Source: Patescibacteria group bacterium (lineage in GTDB: Bacteria; Patescibacteriota; WWE3; UBA101185; UBA10185). From it: a DNA stretch of 64,000 bases. Shown here piece after piece: positions 1 to 9,688 of this stretch (position 1 is its first letter; every line of letters starts with the position of its first letter). The stretch is taken from NCBI GenBank assembly GCA_042571445.1, contig JBHPFT010000001.1, positions 29,232 to 93,231 of the forward strand, read 5' to 3'. A model generated the notes under the pieces. It was not told where the DNA came from. It worked only from the letters and a program-made list of their open reading frames with translations, and did no database searches. The position numbers were made by a program, and so were the translations under genes.

Positions 1-2196
1 GTTATTGCTCTGGTTTTTCTACTACTTGCTATTATTAGTTTGGTATCCTTTTTTGCCTCTTCTTACTATGTAAATTCTAAGGTTTTGGGTTTTCTTCAAA
101 AGATTTTTGGTAATGCAGCAATCATTTTTCCTTTTTTACTTGCAAGCGTAGGGGCTTTATTTGTTGATAAGTTAAAAATTAAGTTCAAGGAAGGAAGAAT
201 TTTACTTTCCTTGGGCTTGATGTTATTTTCCCTTTCTACTCTTTTTCACATTTTTATCTCTGAAGAAAAAGCCTACGAAGTAGCTATTAAAGGAGGGGGT
301 GGAGGACTATTTGGGTATAGATCAGTAGGTATATTAGTCTCAAGCGTAGGCAAGGTTAGTGGAGTACTCATAATATTAATACTTCTAGTGATTTCCGGTA
401 TTCTTCTTTTTAATATTTCTTTTGATAGAATCATAAAACTTCTAAGTGAGAGTAAGGTCTTTGGTAAGTTTATTGAGATTCTAAAAAAGATTTTTCCTTT
501 TAAAAAGAAAGTGAAAGAAGAGGGAGATGTTGAGGTTGTGGATACAATGGGGTCTGAGGAACTCACTGTTATGGAAGATGAGGAGGAAGAAGATGAGGGC
601 GAGCCTTCGTTTGAAATTGTTCCTTCTATGGCGGAGCCCCAACGTGGGCCAGGAGGAGACTCTGCAGTACCAGGGGAAATTAATTCCCAACCATCATTAG
701 GTTTTTCTTCATTTCCTTCAGACAAGATTTGGCAGTATCCTCCCCTTGAGTTGTTATCGGATCCACCACCAAAAATGAAAGATGATTCTGATGTTGAAAA
801 GAGAATAAAAATAATTAAAGGTACTCTTAAGTCTTTTGGTGTTGAGGTTGAGGTGGCCGACGTTAGAGTAGGATCTTCTGTCACCCAATATGTTGTTAAA
901 CCAAAGTCTGTCACAAAGATCTCAAGAATTTCAAGTCTTCAGGATAACTTGGCATTGGCTTTAGCATCTCCAACTGGATCAGTAAGAATAGAAGCCCCAA
1001 TTCCTGGTAAATCAGCTATTGGTATTGAAGTACCAAACACAAATAGAACGTTAGTTTCCTTCAAACATCTCATTACTTCAGACACCATGAAGAGTATGAA
1101 GTCAAAGCTTGGAATTGTTCTTGGGGAAAGTGTTTCAGGTAAGGTTCTAGGTTATGACATTGGAAAAATGCCCCATCTTCTAATTGCGGGAACTACTGGT
1201 TCTGGAAAATCTGTTTTTATTCATAATTTGTTATTTTCGATACTGTATAGAGCTACTCCATCTGAAGTAAAACTAATTATTGTTGATCCAAAGAGGGTAG
1301 AGCTTATTCACTATCAGGGTATTCCACATCTTTTAACACCTGTTGTTACTGATATGGAAAAGGCTCCATCAGTATTTAGATGGGCTGATGCTGAAGTGAC
1401 AAAAAGATACAAACTTTTTGAACAGGCAAAAGTCAGAAATATTGACGCATACAATGAGAAATCAGGGATCCAAGTTATGCCATATATTCTAATAGTGGTT
1501 GATGAATTAAGTGACATAATGACTAGAGATCCAGCGGGAATAGAAAAAAGTATCATAAGAATAGCTCAACTTGCTAGGGCCACAGGAATTCATCTTGTTA
1601 TGGCTGTTCAGAGACCATCTACAGATATTATTACTGGTCTTATAAAAGCAAATATTCCTTGTAGAGCAGCGTTTCAGGTACTAAGTCAGGTTGACTCAAG
1701 AGTAATTATTGATCAGCCTGGTGCAGAAAAACTTCTTGGTAAAGGAGATATGCTTTTTGTTCCTCCGGATCTTTTAAAACCAACTCGTCTTCAAGGAGCC
1801 TTTATCTCAGATAGGGAGATAGAGTCGCTAGTTGAATATCTTAAAAAGCAGGGGATGGAGCCTGATTATAAAGAAGAGGTGCTTGTAACTCCTACAAACG
1901 CGAGAAGAGGAAATGGTTCTAAGACTTGGGGAAGTGATGTAGATGAGCTTTTTGATGATGCTGTAGAGATAGTTATATCGGCGGATAAAGCGTCAGCATC
2001 TCTTCTCCAAAGAAAATTATCCATAGGATATGCAAGAGCAGCAAGAATTATTGATGAAATGGAAGAAAAAGAGGTTATTGGTCCTCCAGTTAGTGGTAGT
2101 AGAGGGAGAGAGGTATTAATCTCTTCCATACCAGATAAAAATATTGAAGGGATAGTTCTTGATGAAGGGGAAGTATCAGAGAGTTTAGATGAATAA
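1..2196 (+). CDS. ftsK: DNA translocase FtsK/SpoIIIE, 5'-partial
   Basis: The reading frame is open from base 1, so the gene starts upstream of the window. Walker A motif GTTGSGKS, the DEL box and a C-terminal gamma wHTH (SIGYARAARIIDEME) are present. An acidic/Pro-rich linker follows the N-terminal TM helices. Confidence 0.9.
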   Translation, partial: VIALVFLLLAIISLVSFFASSYYVNSKVLGFLQKIFGNAAIIFPFLLASVGALFVDKLKIKFKEGRILLSLGLMLFSLSTLFHIFISEEKAYEVAIKGGGGGLFGYRSVGILVSSVGKVSGVLIILILLVISGILLFNISFDRIIKLLSESKVFGKFIEILKKIFPFKKKVKEEGDVEVVDTMGSEELTVMEDEEEEDEGEPSFEIVPSMAEPQRGPGGDSAVPGEINSQPSLGFSSFPSDKIWQYPPLELLSDPPPKMKDDSDVEKRIKIIKGTLKSFGVEVEVADVRVGSSVTQYVVKPKSVTKISRISSLQDNLALALASPTGSVRIEAPIPGKSAIGIEVPNTNRTLVSFKHLITSDTMKSMKSKLGIVLGESVSGKVLGYDIGKMPHLLIAGTTGSGKSVFIHNLLFSILYRATPSEVKLIIVDPKRVELIHYQGIPHLLTPVVTDMEKAPSVFRWADAEVTKRYKLFEQAKVRNIDAYNEKSGIQVMPYILIVVDELSDIMTRDPAGIEKSIIRIAQLARATGIHLVMAVQRPSTDIITGLIKANIPCRAAFQVLSQVDSRVIIDQPGAEKLLGKGDMLFVPPDLLKPTRLQGAFISDREIESLVEYLKKQGMEPDYKEEVLVTPTNARRGNGSKTWGSDVDELFDDAVEIVISADKASASLLQRKLSIGYARAARIIDEMEEKEVIGPPVSGSRGREVLISSIPDKNIEGIVLDEGEVSESLDE

Positions 2197-2283
2197 CAAG
2201 GAATTTTCTACAGATATAATGAAAAATGTAGTATTTCTTTTATTTGCGATCGTTGTAATCTTGGGATTAAAGCTTCTAATAGG

Positions 2284-3288
2284 CTAAAGTTTTATCTCCG
2301 CCTCAATAAAAACATCCAAATTTCCATTTAATATTTCTTCTGGGTCTGTGCTTTCCACGTTGGTCCTTAAATCTTTAACAAGCTTATATGGGTGAAGTAC
2401 ATAGTTTCTAATCTGGTTTCCCCAACCAGGAGTTTTATAGTCTCCTTTAAGCTCTCCTTTTTCTTCTTCCATCTTTTCTTGTTCTTTCTGATAAAGTTTA
2501 GACCTAAGAATCTTTAGGGCTTTCTCTCTATTTCTACCTTGGTGCCTTTCTTCTTGGCACTCCACAATTATTCCGGTAGGTATGTGTTTTACTCTTACTG
2601 CAGTAGATACTTTATTAACATTTTGGCCTCCTCTACCCCCTGATCTAAAGAAATCCCACTCCAAATCCTCATCTTTTATCTCTATTTCTATATTCTCTTC
2701 AATAATTGGAATTACCTCTATCAAGGCAAAAGAAGTTTGTCTTAAGTTATCTGCATTAAATGGAGACTGTCTAACAAGCCTGTGAACGCCACCTTCATTT
2801 TTTAGGAATCCATAAGCATAGGATCCTTCTATCTCTAATACTGCTGTTTTAATTCCTGCCTCTTCTCCCGGAGCTCTTGTTATCTCTTTTACATCCCAGT
2901 TTTTTATCTCTGCATATCTTTTATACATTCTGAGAAGCATTTCAGACCAATCCATAGCCTCTGTGCCACCTTGTCCTGCATGTATTGAGAGAAGGGCGTT
3001 AGAATTATCGTGGTCACTAGAAAGGAAAGTTTTTAATTCAAGCTTTCTAATTTCTTCTTCAAACTTCTTCGTATCGTCTTCTTCTGCATACATTTTTAAC
3101 ATCTCATAATCTTCAATTTCTGTTTCCAAAACACCTAATTCCTTTGATAAATTCTGCCCCTCTTCCCAATTTTTCCACACTTCTTCTTCACCAAGTTTTT
3201 CTTTTAGATCCTTAATTTGCCTTCTCTTATCTTCTATCTGAAGAGTATTTTTGAGTTGTTCTAATCTTTTATCTAGTTTCTCACTCAT
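2284..3288 (-). CDS. prfB: peptide chain release factor 2
   Basis: GGQ motif (GGRGGQNVNKV) and the RF2-specific SPF tripeptide (RQSPFNADN). A single uninterrupted ORF. Confidence 0.9.
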   Translation of the reverse strand: MSEKLDKRLEQLKNTLQIEDKRRQIKDLKEKLGEEEVWKNWEEGQNLSKELGVLETEIEDYEMLKMYAEEDDTKKFEEEIRKLELKTFLSSDHDNSNALLSIHAGQGGTEAMDWSEMLLRMYKRYAEIKNWDVKEITRAPGEEAGIKTAVLEIEGSYAYGFLKNEGGVHRLVRQSPFNADNLRQTSFALIEVIPIIEENIEIEIKDEDLEWDFFRSGGRGGQNVNKVSTAVRVKHIPTGIIVECQEERHQGRNREKALKILRSKLYQKEQEKMEEEKGELKGDYKTPGWGNQIRNYVLHPYKLVKDLRTNVESTDPEEILNGNLDVFIEAEIKL

Positions 3289-3304
3289 ATAGCTAATTAT
3301 ACCC

Positions 3305-3892
3305 TTACATTTCTATTGCTTCGAACACAAAATCAAACAGTGCAGTAGCCCCTTGCTTTGTCTCACTCATATTTTCTGTAGAGAATCTAATAACTAAAGG
3401 TTTTGCTTGCCCGGGATTAAAATTACCCAAAGCAATTCCTTCGGTTTTCCACTTCACAATGGTTTTCTTTCCTAAACTGTTCGGGTATTCCCCAGGATCT
3501 GCAACTCCGTCGTTGTTTGCATCAGACCACTCAAAGATCTCTGCATAGATATCTTGCCTAATATCTTGAGGATCATTTATGGTTTCATAATCTGCATTAG
3601 ACATCATCGATAATGAGGTAGTTCCACCATTAACTAATTTTATTGGGTAATCTTGTTGCCATGTTTGACCAATGTTATCAAATGAGGGCCCCGCAATTTC
3701 ATCGACTAAGTTAGCAGGGTTGGTGCCTTGGGTAGGATCGGACATAATCTTTACATCGGCACTTGCTACACTAAAGGATGACCCCAGTACTGTTCCCTCA
3801 TCAGAAAAAGCTGCGTACACAATACCTGCTGCTACTAGTATCAAGATGGTAGTAAACCCATACATAAAATGTTTTCTTTTCATATAAATCAC
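3305..3892 (-). CDS. secreted TasA/camelysin (peptidase M73)-like protein with SipW-cognate-type signal peptide
   Basis: The N-terminus has a basic stretch plus a hydrophobic helix, then AAFSDEG, resembling the A-[AY]-F-[NS]-D junction of TasA/CalY. The C-terminal LFDFVFEAIE resembles TasA KLQFSFEATQ. It sits 16 bp upstream of prfB on the same strand. Confidence 0.5.
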   Translation of the reverse strand: MIYMKRKHFMYGFTTILILVAAGIVYAAFSDEGTVLGSSFSVASADVKIMSDPTQGTNPANLVDEIAGPSFDNIGQTWQQDYPIKLVNGGTTSLSMMSNADYETINDPQDIRQDIYAEIFEWSDANNDGVADPGEYPNSLGKKTIVKWKTEGIALGNFNPGQAKPLVIRFSTENMSETKQGATALFDFVFEAIEM

Positions 3893-3983
3893 CCCCTTTT
3901 AACCAAGAATTAATATTTAGTGGATACAATGTAGGTTATTGCAATGGGGGTATCAATATATCTCCCTCTACCGAGAGTGGAAT

Positions 3984-4259
3984 ATGAGACAGCTAAGTCA
4001 AAAGATCAGGCAGGTCCGTGAAGAATATAATCTATCTCAAGAGCGTTTTGGTAAAAAAGTGGGTATTTCTGGGAAGGCGGTATCTTCTTATGAAACCGGG
4101 CGTTCAGTACCACCATTGCATGTGATAGAAAGGATAGCAGACACATATGATACCAGTTTTTTACAACTAAAAGATGAGAAAAAGACAGATTTGGAGCTAA
4201 AAATACAACAAATAAAGAATTCTCTAGGGGAAATAGAAAACATATTGATAGGAGAGTGA
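3984..4259 (+). CDS. XRE-family helix-turn-helix transcriptional regulator (SinR-like size)
   Basis: HTH_3-type motif LSQERFGKKVGISGKAVSSYETGRSVP. The ORF track starts at 3939 with TTG. The ATG at 3984 (MRQLSQ...), preceded by GAGAGTGG, is the more likely start. It is divergent from the TasA-like gene. Confidence 0.75.
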   Translation: MRQLSQKIRQVREEYNLSQERFGKKVGISGKAVSSYETGRSVPPLHVIERIADTYDTSFLQLKDEKKTDLELKIQQIKNSLGEIENILIGE

Positions 4260-4260
4260 A

Positions 4261-4746
4261 TTATCTCTTTGAGTATTGAGGTCTTTTTCTAGCCTTGTGT
4301 AGGTAATACTTCTTTCTTTCTACCATTCTTGGGTCTCTTGTGAGTAGACCATCTTTTCTTAAGGCTTTTTGATTTTCTTCACTAAGTGTAGCTAAAGCTC
4401 TTGATATTCCGTGAACCACGGCCCCAAGCTGTGCTGACTTTCCAGATCCTGCTACTTTTATACTTGCAGAAAACTTGGCTTCAGGATGGGCTACTCCAAC
4501 AGTATGGAATGGCCTAACCCACTCAAGCTGATCTACCTCAGAAGGGAAGTATTCTGTAATAGGCTTATCATTAACAGTAAATTCGCCCTTGGATTGCCAT
4601 AAAAATACTCTTGCAGTAGCTGTTTTTCTTCTACCAGTGCCTGAGATAAAACCTTTTTTAAGCTTCTTAGGCTTTTTAGGTGTTTCTATCACTACTTCTT
4701 CGGTTGTTTCTTTCTTATTTTCCTCTGGCATCTTCTTTTTTAGCAC
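4261..4746 (-). CDS. rpsI: 30S ribosomal protein S9 with Lys/Glu-rich N-terminal extension
   Basis: GRRKTATARV motif and the C-terminal ...KRPQYSKR. Confidence 0.95.
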   Translation of the reverse strand: MLKKKMPEENKKETTEEVVIETPKKPKKLKKGFISGTGRRKTATARVFLWQSKGEFTVNDKPITEYFPSEVDQLEWVRPFHTVGVAHPEAKFSASIKVAGSGKSAQLGAVVHGISRALATLSEENQKALRKDGLLTRDPRMVERKKYYLHKARKRPQYSKR

Positions 4747-5161
4747 TAAACTGTGCCTCGTGAGGGTGTTTATCCCCTACGTAAACATATAAATTAGCTA
4801 TTCTTTCCTTTTTTAACTTGTTATCAGGAAGCATTCTTTTTACAGCTTTCCTAATAACCTCAGTAGGTCTTCTTTTTTTTAAACTTTCTAAGGCTTCTGT
4901 CTTTAAACCACCTGGATATCCTGTGTGTCTGTGATAGAGCTTATCTTTTAGTTTCTTTCCTGTAACACCAATTCTCTCTGCATTAATTACAACAACTTTA
5001 TCCCCCCAGTTTTGATTGGGAACCTGCTGCACTTTGTCTTTTCCTATGAGAAGGGATGCAACTTCGGTTGCCATTCTTCCCAACACTTTGCCGTCTGCAT
5101 TAACTAAGTGCCATTTAAGCTCTCTATCTTTCATTTTAGGTACGGTTGTATTATTTTTCAT
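4715..5161 (-). CDS. rplM: 50S ribosomal protein L13
   Basis: The N-terminus KWHLVNADGKVLGRMATEVASLL is typical of L13. Confidence 0.95.
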   Translation of the reverse strand: MKNNTTVPKMKDRELKWHLVNADGKVLGRMATEVASLLIGKDKVQQVPNQNWGDKVVVINAERIGVTGKKLKDKLYHRHTGYPGGLKTEALESLKKRRPTEVIRKAVKRMLPDNKLKKERIANLYVYVGDKHPHEAQFSAKKEDARGK

Positions 5162-5597
5162 TTTTTTCTACCTTTTTCTTTGGAGAAGCTTTCTTCACCT
5201 CTTCCTTTTTGGTTTCCTTTCCCTTAACCAATTCAATTCTAGCTGTAGGAGCTTTGTCTCCATCTCTTTCACCGGTTTTAACTATCCTTGTGTATCCACC
5301 AGCTCTGTTTAGATATTTTGGAGCTACTTCTTCAATAAGTTTTTTAATTGTTTCTTCGTTTCTTAGATACTTTCTAAGGTCCTTTACAGTGTTGAACTTA
5401 ACCAGCTTATCCCCACCTTTATGAGGTTTTTTAGCTTTAGTGATAAGTTTCTCAACAAAAGGTCTTAAAACCTTGGCCTTTGATAAGGTTGTGTTTATCT
5501 TTCCGTGTTCAATAAGCTGAGATGAGAGGTTAGACATAAGGGCTTTTCTGTGTTCTTTATCTCTTCCCAATATCTTTTTTGTTACCCTATGTCTCAT
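5151..5597 (-). CDS. rplQ: 50S ribosomal protein L17 with Lys-rich C-terminal tail
   Basis: MRHRVTKKILGRDKEHRKALMSNL... is typical of L17. Confidence 0.95.
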   Translation of the reverse strand: MRHRVTKKILGRDKEHRKALMSNLSSQLIEHGKINTTLSKAKVLRPFVEKLITKAKKPHKGGDKLVKFNTVKDLRKYLRNEETIKKLIEEVAPKYLNRAGGYTRIVKTGERDGDKAPTARIELVKGKETKKEEVKKASPKKKVEKNEK

Positions 5598-5606
5598 GAA
5601 GCTCTC

Positions 5607-6524
5607 CTATTCTCTAAAACCCTCTTTTTCTAAAAGATCCTTAATCTCAGAGAGTGATTTCTCACCAACATTCTTAATATCAGCAAGATCCTCATCATTC
5701 TTTTCTGCTAGTTGATGAAGTGTTTCGATATTACTCTTTTTAAGTGCATTTATAGTTCTAGTTTGAAGAGGAAGCTCATCTACAGAAATATCTTCTGAGG
5801 GTCCTACTTTTTTAACTCGAATCTCTTCTTCTTTTTCAGGCTCTGTTTGCCAGATTTCGAAAGTACTATAGTAGTTTTTAAGAATTTGAGAAGCCTTAAC
5901 TATCGCTTCTTTTGGAGAAACACTCCCATCTGTTTCTATATTAATAATTATCTTATCAAGGTCAGTTCTTCCACCGAATCTTGTTGGTTCTACTTGGTAA
6001 TTTGCATTGAGTACAGGAGAAAAAAGGGCGTCCATAACAATAACTCCAACTTTTTGTGTTTGTCTCTCTTCCATGGGGGAGTATCCAACACCTGGTTCTA
6101 CGATGAGCTCAATCTCAATGCTTGATTTAGAGTCAGCTAGGGTTGCAATATGTTGATCTTTATTCATGACTTCTAATTCCCCGGGAACTTCAATATCTTT
6201 CGCAGTAACTTCTCCACCACCCTTTTTGACTATAGAGGCTATAACAGGATCATCAGAGTGAATATTAAATCTAACTTTTTTTAGATTTAAAGTTAGCTCA
6301 ACAACATCCTCTTTTACACCAGGGATGGTTGTAAATTGATGACTAACACTGGGTATTTTGATTTGGGTTATAGCTGCTCCCTCAATACTTGTTAAAAGAA
6401 CTCTTCTTAGAGCATTACCAAGTGTGTAACCAAAACCTGTTGGTAGGGGTTCAAAAGAATATGATCCTTTATTTCCCTTTTCTTCTATCTCTTTGACTTT
6501 TAAATTTTCTTTTGTAACTTCCAT
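5607..6524 (-). CDS. rpoA: DNA-directed RNA polymerase subunit alpha
   Basis: N-terminal domain motif PLPTGFGYTLGNALRRVLLTSIEGAA and a C-terminal CTD helix-hairpin-helix. Confidence 0.95.
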   Translation of the reverse strand: MEVTKENLKVKEIEEKGNKGSYSFEPLPTGFGYTLGNALRRVLLTSIEGAAITQIKIPSVSHQFTTIPGVKEDVVELTLNLKKVRFNIHSDDPVIASIVKKGGGEVTAKDIEVPGELEVMNKDQHIATLADSKSSIEIELIVEPGVGYSPMEERQTQKVGVIVMDALFSPVLNANYQVEPTRFGGRTDLDKIIINIETDGSVSPKEAIVKASQILKNYYSTFEIWQTEPEKEEEIRVKKVGPSEDISVDELPLQTRTINALKKSNIETLHQLAEKNDEDLADIKNVGEKSLSEIKDLLEKEGFRE

Positions 6525-6542
6525 AAAATCCTCCTTAAAAAT

Positions 6543-7151
6543 TTATCTAGAATAGAACTCAATTATAGATTGAACATCTATTCTTTCCTGAAGGTCATCC
6601 GATGTAGGTAACCTTAAATATTTTACATACTTTTCTTTAACGTTTGCACTAATCCATTCAGGCAGTACGAAGCCTTCTTTTAGATGAAGCTTCTCAAAAC
6701 TAACGGGTTTTATTATATCACCTGGTTTTAATTGTTGTGATGGTGTTCTAACTTCCTTATCGTTCACTAAGAATAGTCCTCTTCTAACAAATTGTCTTGC
6801 TTGTGCTCTAGAAACAGACAAACCACTTCTGTATACCATATTATCAATTCTAGACTCTAACTTATGCATTAAAGCGTTTCCAGCAATCCCTTTCATTTTT
6901 AAAGATTCTTCAACATATTTTCTGAACTGTCTTTCTAAAAGCCCATATATTCTTTTTGCTTTTTGTTTTTCTCTAAGCTGCTTTCCATATTCAGATTGGT
7001 TTCTTCTTCTTCTTCCTAGTCCATGTTGTCCTGGGGGCTGAGGTCTTTTTTCAAAAGCACACTTCTCAGAATCACATCTAGCGCCTTTTAAGTAAAGTTT
7101 CATTCCCTCTCTTCTACATAATCTACATTTTGGTCCAGTGTATCTTGCCAT
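6543..7151 (-). CDS. rpsD: 30S ribosomal protein S4
   Basis: MARYTGPKCRLCRREG... The ORF-track start at 7226 overlaps rpsK. The internal ATG at 7151 gives the canonical N-terminus. Confidence 0.95.
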   Translation of the reverse strand: MARYTGPKCRLCRREGMKLYLKGARCDSEKCAFEKRPQPPGQHGLGRRRRNQSEYGKQLREKQKAKRIYGLLERQFRKYVEESLKMKGIAGNALMHKLESRIDNMVYRSGLSVSRAQARQFVRRGLFLVNDKEVRTPSQQLKPGDIIKPVSFEKLHLKEGFVLPEWISANVKEKYVKYLRLPTSDDLQERIDVQSIIEFYSR

Positions 7152-7152
7152 A

Positions 7153-7533
7153 TTACATCCTTCTCTTATTCTTTGGTCTACACCCATTATGTGGCATAGG
7201 GGTTTGATCAGAAATAGATACAACATTAAGTCCGGAAGCCTTAAGTGCCTTCACAGAAGATATTCTTCCAAGTCCTGGACCTTTAATAAAAACGGATAGT
7301 TCTCTCATACCAGCATCAAATGCTTCTGCTCCAACCTTTTCCGCAGCTTTAGTTGCAGCATATGGAGTAGACTTTCTACTACCCTTGAAACCAACTTTTC
7401 CAGAACTACCAAAAAAGAGGGTGTTACCCCCATTATCTGTAATAGTAATAATAGTATTATTCATACCAGCAGTAATGTATGCTTTACCACTTGGTGTAAT
7501 ATTCTTTTTTGTTTTCTTTTTACCTTTTGGCAT
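7153..7533 (-). CDS. rpsK: 30S ribosomal protein S11
   Basis: ...GNTLFFGSSGKVGFKGSRKSTPYAA... is typical of S11. Confidence 0.95.
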   Translation of the reverse strand: MPKGKKKTKKNITPSGKAYITAGMNNTIITITDNGGNTLFFGSSGKVGFKGSRKSTPYAATKAAEKVGAEAFDAGMRELSVFIKGPGLGRISSVKALKASGLNVVSISDQTPMPHNGCRPKNKRRM

Positions 7534-7919
7534 TATGTCTTAGTTAATTTTCTCTTTAAACCTCCTACAGTTTTCTTTTTACCTTTTCTTGTTCTAGCGT
7601 TAGTTCTTGTTCTTTGGCCTCTGACTGGTAGACCAAGATGATGTCTTAAACCTCTGTAGCTTTTAATCTCTTTTAATCTTCTGATATTTTGAGTTACTTC
7701 TCTTCTAAGTTCTCCCTCAACACTAACTTCCATTTCGTTGATAGTTTTAGTGATGTTAGCAACTTCGCTATCTTTTAGATCTTTTGCTCTTGTATCAGGG
7801 TTTATACCTACTTTTTTTAATATTTCTTGTGAGGTTGTTAAACCAATACCCTTAACATAAGTTAGTGATACTTCTATTCTTTTACCTTCTGGTATGTCCA
7901 CACCTTTAATTCTTGGCAT
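7533..7919 (-). CDS. rpsM: 30S ribosomal protein S13
   Basis: [26 protein letters not shown]... Confidence 0.95.
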   Translation of the reverse strand: MPRIKGVDIPEGKRIEVSLTYVKGIGLTTSQEILKKVGINPDTRAKDLKDSEVANITKTINEMEVSVEGELRREVTQNIRRLKEIKSYRGLRHHLGLPVRGQRTRTNARTRKGKKKTVGGLKRKLTKT

Positions 7920-7920
7920 A

Positions 7921-8037
7921 TTAACCCTGTCTTTGCTTGTGTTTAGGATTTCTCTTACAAATAACCCTAACCACGCCCTTTCTTCTTATAACTTTGCAAT
8001 TTCTGCAAATTGGTTTTACAGATGCTCTAACTTTCAT
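7921..8037 (-). CDS. rpmJ: 50S ribosomal protein L36
   Basis: Not in the ORF track. The reverse complement translates to [38 protein letters not shown], a near-consensus L36 with a C-x2-C...C-x-H zinc ribbon. Confidence 0.9.
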   Translation of the reverse strand: MKVRASVKPICRNCKVIRRKGVVRVICKRNPKHKQRQG

Positions 8038-8050
8038 ATTTATATTAAAT

Positions 8051-8269
8051 TTACTTTAAACGGTAAGTAATTCTACCTCTAGTGAGGTCATGAGGAGAAA
8101 ATTCTACACGAACTTTATCTCCTACCAAAACCCTAATATGAGCTTTCCTCATTTTCCCTGATATCATGGCCAAAGCTTCAGTTTCATCATCGAACTGAAT
8201 TTTGAACATTCCGCTCATTAGAGTCTCTACAACTTTACCGTCTTTTGTAACTGTATCCTTTGTACTCAT
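8051..8269 (-). CDS. infA: translation initiation factor IF-1
   Basis: 72 aa S1-like OB fold ([33 protein letters not shown]). Confidence 0.95.
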   Translation of the reverse strand: MSTKDTVTKDGKVVETLMSGMFKIQFDDETEALAMISGKMRKAHIRVLVGDKVRVEFSPHDLTRGRITYRLK

Positions 8270-8413
8270 TAAATAAACGACGCGCTAGATTGTATCAAAG
8301 CCTGGAATTTACGTCAATAACAACTTAAAGACAGGTTTACAGATCTAGAGCCATGCATCCTATGTTACCATTATATATTGAAAATGCAACAAAAAACGGC
8401 TTTAATATAAAGG

Positions 8414-9688
8414 ATGCTAGATATTAATTTTATAAGGGAAAATAAAGAGAAAGTAATAAAAGCTTTAAAGGATAAGCAGCTTGAAGGAACAGTTGATATA
8501 GACGTATTAATAAAGCTTCATGATAGCTATTTAGAAGTACTAAAAGAGGTAGAAAGCCTAAGAAACCAACGAAATACCATATCTGAAAAGATATCCAAAG
8601 CAATAAAAGAAGAAAAAGATAATCTTTTAGATGAGGCTAAAAAGATAAAAGAGGAGCTTCAGGAAAAGGATAAAGAATTAGATACACTTCAAGTCAAATA
8701 TGATGAGATGATGCTTTGGGTACCAAATATTCCAGCGGAAGACGTTCCTGTAGGAAAAGATGATTCTGAAAATGTTGTATTTAAGACAGGAGGAAAGAAG
8801 CCAAAGTTTAATTTTACTCCAAAGGATCATTTAGAACTTGGAAAGTCACTAGACATCATTGATACCGATAGGGGTGTGAAGATAGCAGGTTTCAGAGGAT
8901 ACTTTCTTAAAAATGAGGGGGCAGTCTTAGAGCAGGCTATCCTAAGATATGCTTTTGAATATATGCAAAGACAGGGTTTTACGCCACTTTCTGTTCCTTG
9001 GATGGTAAATCCAGCATTTTTCACAGGAACTGGGTACTTTCCATGGGGAGAAGAAGACCACTACAAGGTTGATGATAAGGCGTTAATTGGTACCGCAGAG
9101 GTTTCTTTGACCTCATATTATGCAGGGGAAACTTTAAAAGAAGAGGATTTACCAGTTAAGCTTGTCGCTATTAGCCCCTGTTTTAGAAGAGAGGTCGGAA
9201 CATACGGACAAGATACAAAGGGAATCATTAGACTTCATCAATTTTATAAAGTAGAGCAGGTAGTTTTGTGTGAGGCAGATGAGGAAGTGTCTCGTGAGTG
9301 GCATGAAAGGATGCTTTCCTTTTCTGAGAAGATAATAAAAGATTTTAAACTTCCTTATCAAGTTCTTTTGATGTGTACTGGAGATATCGGTGCTGGGCAG
9401 AGAAAGAAGTATGATATGGAGACATGGTTTCCATCACAGCAGGTTTATAGGGAGACTCACTCTGACTCAAGCTTTTTAGATTTTCAGTCTAGAAGATTAA
9501 ACATAAAGTATAAGACGAAAGATGGGGATACCAAGTTTGTGTATACTCTTAATAACACAGTTATTGCAACGCCTAGGATAATTGCTGCAGTGATTGAAAA
9601 TTATCAAAATTCAGATGGTTCTGTAACAATTCCAAAAGTACTAAGAAAATATACTGGCTTTAATAAAATTAAGTCTAAAACTAAATGA
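8414..9688 (+). CDS. serS: seryl-tRNA synthetase
   Basis: 424 aa with an N-terminal coiled-coil arm and the class II core (motif 2/3 regions, TLNNTVIATPR). Confidence 0.9.
   Translation: MLDINFIRENKEKVIKALKDKQLEGTVDIDVLIKLHDSYLEVLKEVESLRNQRNTISEKISKAIKEEKDNLLDEAKKIKEELQEKDKELDTLQVKYDEMMLWVPNIPAEDVPVGKDDSENVVFKTGGKKPKFNFTPKDHLELGKSLDIIDTDRGVKIAGFRGYFLKNEGAVLEQAILRYAFEYMQRQGFTPLSVPWMVNPAFFTGTGYFPWGEEDHYKVDDKALIGTAEVSLTSYYAGETLKEEDLPVKLVAISPCFRREVGTYGQDTKGIIRLHQFYKVEQVVLCEADEEVSREWHERMLSFSEKIIKDFKLPYQVLLMCTGDIGAGQRKKYDMETWFPSQQVYRETHSDSSFLDFQSRRLNIKYKTKDGDTKFVYTLNNTVIATPRIIAAVIENYQNSDGSVTIPKVLRKYTGFNKIKSKTK

Noticed and set aside
273-914. 213-aa minus-strand ORF rich in Ser/Thr/Pro (SSSSSSSSS) antisense to ftsK
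   Set aside because: It lies opposite the acidic/Pro-rich FtsK linker (GAG/GAA repeats read as TCx on the other strand). Low complexity, no start context. A classic antisense artefact.
2197-2283. Short inverted repeat CTACA...TGTAG between convergent ftsK and prfB as a bidirectional terminator
   Set aside because: Only a 5-bp stem with a 14-nt loop and no flanking U/A tracts on either strand. Too weak to call.
3305-3892. Considered whether the TasA-like ORF could instead be a pilin or PEP-CTERM-type sorted protein
   Set aside because: No class III (prepilin) G-F/M-x-x-x-E cleavage motif and no C-terminal sorting signal. The AFSD junction and C-terminal FxFxFEA segment fit TasA/camelysin better, though confidence remains moderate.
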